DNA of 62,831 nt, the filler included, from Vannella sp. (Eukaryota), in NCBI GenBank assembly GCA_023345925.1. It is 6 parts of 6 records of this genome, joined end to end, with 100 filler letters (N's around TTAATTAATTAA, not from the genome) between each part and the next. Parts side by side here need not be neighbours in the genome. Positions count along the whole stretch, not along the records: positions 55,951 to 62,831 come from JAJQQN010001011.1; 5 more parts are not named here. One strand, given 5' to 3'. Shown piece by piece: positions 61,901 through 62,831 of this stretch. Position 1 is the stretch's first letter. Each line of letters starts with the position of its first letter. The position numbers and the translations under genes were made by a program. The notes beneath the pieces were generated by a model. It was not told where the DNA came from, ran no database searches, and saw nothing but the letters and a program-made list of their open reading frames with translations.

Positions 61901-62433
61901 TTCTTGGACAGGTGGAAGAGCTTCGTGTAGGTCTCTTCGAACTCCTTTGGATCAACGATGTTGAGGAGCTCAGAGACGTTGCGCTTGCGATCTTGTTCTA
62001 CAAGGTTGTCCTTCTTGTAGAGGTACAACAGCTCGTCAACGCAGCTCTCCAGGACGGAGGAAGGCTGGTCGATGAGGATGGATTGCAGTTTGTCGAGGAA
62101 CGCCTCGTAGATAGCGCGGTTCTCACGGGTCTTGGGTTTGTAAACAGCAGAGTCAATCTTTGCCGAGAGAACAGAGTCCTGCTGCAACTTCTTCATGATT
62201 TGAGTCTCCTTCTTGCGATTGCTTTTGGCGCGCTCGCGCATGCGTGCTAACGAGTCATCTGGTGGCTTCCCAAACTGTACACGGTCACCCATAAACCCCG
62301 AGATTTTTCCTCGCAAGGACTCTGCCTCTCCTGTCGGCTCATGAACACGAGGGCCGTGACGCTCGGCCTGAAGGACCAGATTGGAGTTGGCCGCGTACGC
62401 ATAAAGCTCATTGCGTGCTGCCTTATCAGCCAT
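55963..62433 (-). CDS. SNRNP200: U5 snRNP 200-kDa helicase Brr2 (intronless)
   Basis: 2156 aa. YAANSNLVL N-terminus, two Ski2-like cassettes (APTGSGKT, DEIH/DEMH) and two Sec63 domains. Confidence 0.98.
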   Translation of the reverse strand: MADKAARNELYAYAANSNLVLQAERHGPRVHEPTGEAESLRGKISGFMGDRVQFGKPPDDSLARMRERAKSNRKKETQIMKKLQQDSVLSAKIDSAVYKPKTRENRAIYEAFLDKLQSILIDQPSSVLESCVDELLYLYKKDNLVEQDRKRNVSELLNIVDPKEFEETYTKLFHLSKKITDYIEEDEAAVDEEGTDIALVFDEEGSGEDAEFVIREESDEEDDNAAEAQTSVLQGAGLDDDMDLDEEEGALDARTIDAFWIQRQVSQFEEDKLKAQAVSQEILIVLREDKGLIDCENRLVELLGYEHFDFVKKLLQNRKKVVYCTLLKQAQTDAERDSIRSEMEADSSLLSILNVLDGKSSKDQLTQRASQMKRNRQKELKALRKMEEEEMQVEPEVNVMSRRIVDLESVQFQQAGHFMSNKVCELPENSVRQQKKGYDEVFIPSLIPGKAAPGSLVSISSLPEWAQPPFQGGVTPVQNLNRVQSKIFKAAFYGPDNLLVCAPTGSGKTNCALLTMLHEIGLHRLSNGEIDLESFKIVYIAPMKSLVREQVGEFASRLRHYGMTVRELSGDINLTKAQIAETQVIFTTPEKWDIVTRKSGDRTFTQLVRLMIVDEIHLLHDERGAVLESIIARIIRQVEATQEMVRIVGLSATLPNYEDVATFCRVKAENVFAFDNSYRAVPLEQQFIGITHKKPLKRYQLMNELTYEKVMDYAGQHQVLIFVHSRKDTIKTAKMIRDTALEREDIGKFLQNLKETGRRILQTEAENSATSNADLKNLLPYGIAIHHAGMTRYDRGIVEDLFKERYVQVLVSTATLAWGVNLPARAVIIKGTEVYNPEKGAWMELSSMDVMQMLGRAGRPAFDDKGEGILITSGSELQFYLSLMNAQLPIESQFIKRVVDNMNAEIVMGTIQNLTEAAEWLGYTYLYICMLRSPTLYGVSFDEYEEDPELMQRRLDIVHTAATLLDKHSLIKYDRATGEFQVTNLGRVASHFYIRYTSIATYNEHLKPATSDIDLFRLFSLSEEFKFITVRQEERIELEKLLEIVPIPVKEGVDEPQSKINVLLQAYISRLALDGFAMAADMVYITQSAGRIMRALYGIVLQRGWAQLAERVLLLCKMISRRMWASQTPLRQFPDVSATIITRVEGTNIPFERLYDLNTQELSELIHSKEMGKAIFRKVHEYPRLELRAQVQPITPSMLKIDLTILPDFNWNEDVHGRSQGFWVFVEDVNGEQLLHHEYFLLKAKFASDEHYLSFTVPLFDPLPPQYFIKVVSDTWIGPDAVLPVSFRHLILPAKYAPHTELLDLQPLPISSLKNSKLESFYEGRFTHFNAIQTQVFNCFFHTAESTFLAAPTGSGKTVCAELAIFKCLLDRQEGEEHPKMVYIAPLESLAQERFLDWSEKFSSIGVNVAALTGELNVDIKLQAQADLVICTPEQWDMLGRRWTKRKYVRNVGLFIVDEMHLISGHHGHTIEVITSRMARMAHTIEQPIRLVGLSTSVANARGLAEWLGASAKSAFNFPPHTRPVPVEIHMKGFDDTHFEYRMLSMSKPVVNALTHHAGEKPVILFTPSREQALRIANDIRISREASDSPQRFLHCTAEDLASHVQSVTNRFLRELLFFGIAIYHEHLTEAEKGVVERLFEAGAIQVLIATRSMCWGMSLTSMMVIVMGAEYYDGKEHRYVDYPIADVLQMIGRANRPLLDRASKCYFMCHSARKEFYKKFLFEALPVESHLDIFLADHLNTEIFSTTVKDNQDAIDFLTWTLLYRRLTENPNYYNLQGVSHRHISDHLSELVETTFSQLEEAGCVLTQEEEDADEGGVSVELLNPGLISAHYFIKYDTIELFTSSLSESTKLKGLIDILSNAKEFSDIPVRHKEPGILNRLAGHLPVKIESPRFNEPSVKVNILLQAHFSRVVLKPDLRLDQKEVLKQILKLIYGMVDVLTTFGGLKSALCAMELAQMIVQGVWVTDSPLKQLPFFTDEVIERCVGANVNRIEHITDLEDDQRDELLRLTPKQMMKVAEACNRFPDLEVEFQILTEDIVAGEPVSVRVILQREIDEDEELGFVFAPHYPGSQLEQWWIIVGDSKADHLVAVKRTTVQRQAGATITFNAPANLGDFQYTLMIVCDSYVGCDQEYDLPFTVTKLPDHEDAEDDKMED

Positions 62434-62655
62434 CCTTACTTTCTCCTAGAACTGATCAACAAGGAGCGGGGAAGGTGTCTAGCCCGCGAGCCAAAGCAAA
62501 CTGACCAGTTGGAAACTAAGAAGTCCTTCCTTGGATGAATGAATCGCCCATTTGATGATTCGATGATTAATTCCTTTTGTAATTCCTCACCTTTTCTGAA
62601 CCAGGAACTGTCAGCCATCATGGCGGGCATTTCCCCATTTACCTGTGAACCCCAA

Positions 62656-62718
62656 AAAAAGTGAAAAAAAATGAAATCAGCCCAAAAGCTTATCCTGTTG
62701 ATATGGAGGTCATCAGGG
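62656..62718 (-). repeat. Dispersed ~60-nt non-coding element, copy B
   Basis: Reverse complement matches 23898-23959 with 5 substitutions and a one-base T-run difference. Confidence 0.8.
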
Positions 62719-62831
62719 AGCTTTGCTAATAATCCTCGCTTTCTCATTTGTTTCCCTGACGCCGTTATTCGAGGGAGAGAGTGAGAGTATTGACGGGTCT
62801 ATTTGCAAGGCCACCGTCTTGTTTGGTCCTT

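Noticed and set aside
62550..62600. TGATGA...CTGA pair upstream of BRR2 as a C/D snoRNA
   Set aside because: Short, no recognisable guide, single copy. Compatible with chance in AT-rich DNA.

Overview
Gene-dense eukaryotic (protist, most like an amoebozoan; inference) nuclear DNA using the standard code. It is not one locus: six contigs are joined by five artificial 100-bp N-TTAATTAATTAA-N linkers. About 33 protein genes or fragments were reconstructed by hand, with mostly 37-60 nt spliceosomal introns and often <200 bp between genes. Recognisable genes include TCAIM-like, a dual-specificity phosphatase, LRR proteins, BAR-RasGAP, two RhoGEFs, a fucosyltransferase-like protein, WDR5, Tctex-1, SYF2, RTEL1, a PIAS-type SUMO ligase, DDX21/50, NDUFB3, MOB4, ankyrin-DHHC, eEF2, CDC6, a sterol glucosyltransferase and BRR2. 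No tRNA, rRNA, CRISPR array or intact transposon was recognised. The best leads are: a ~60-nt non-coding element present twice on different contigs; a tandem pair of secreted Ser-Pro repeat proteins; a 4-nt microexon; three 49-nt GC-AG introns; 3' splice sites apparently set by distance from the branch point; telomere-type TTTAGGG motifs in promoters; and several unusual domain fusions. I cannot demonstrate a novel system from sequence alone. All gene models are manual and lack RNA support.
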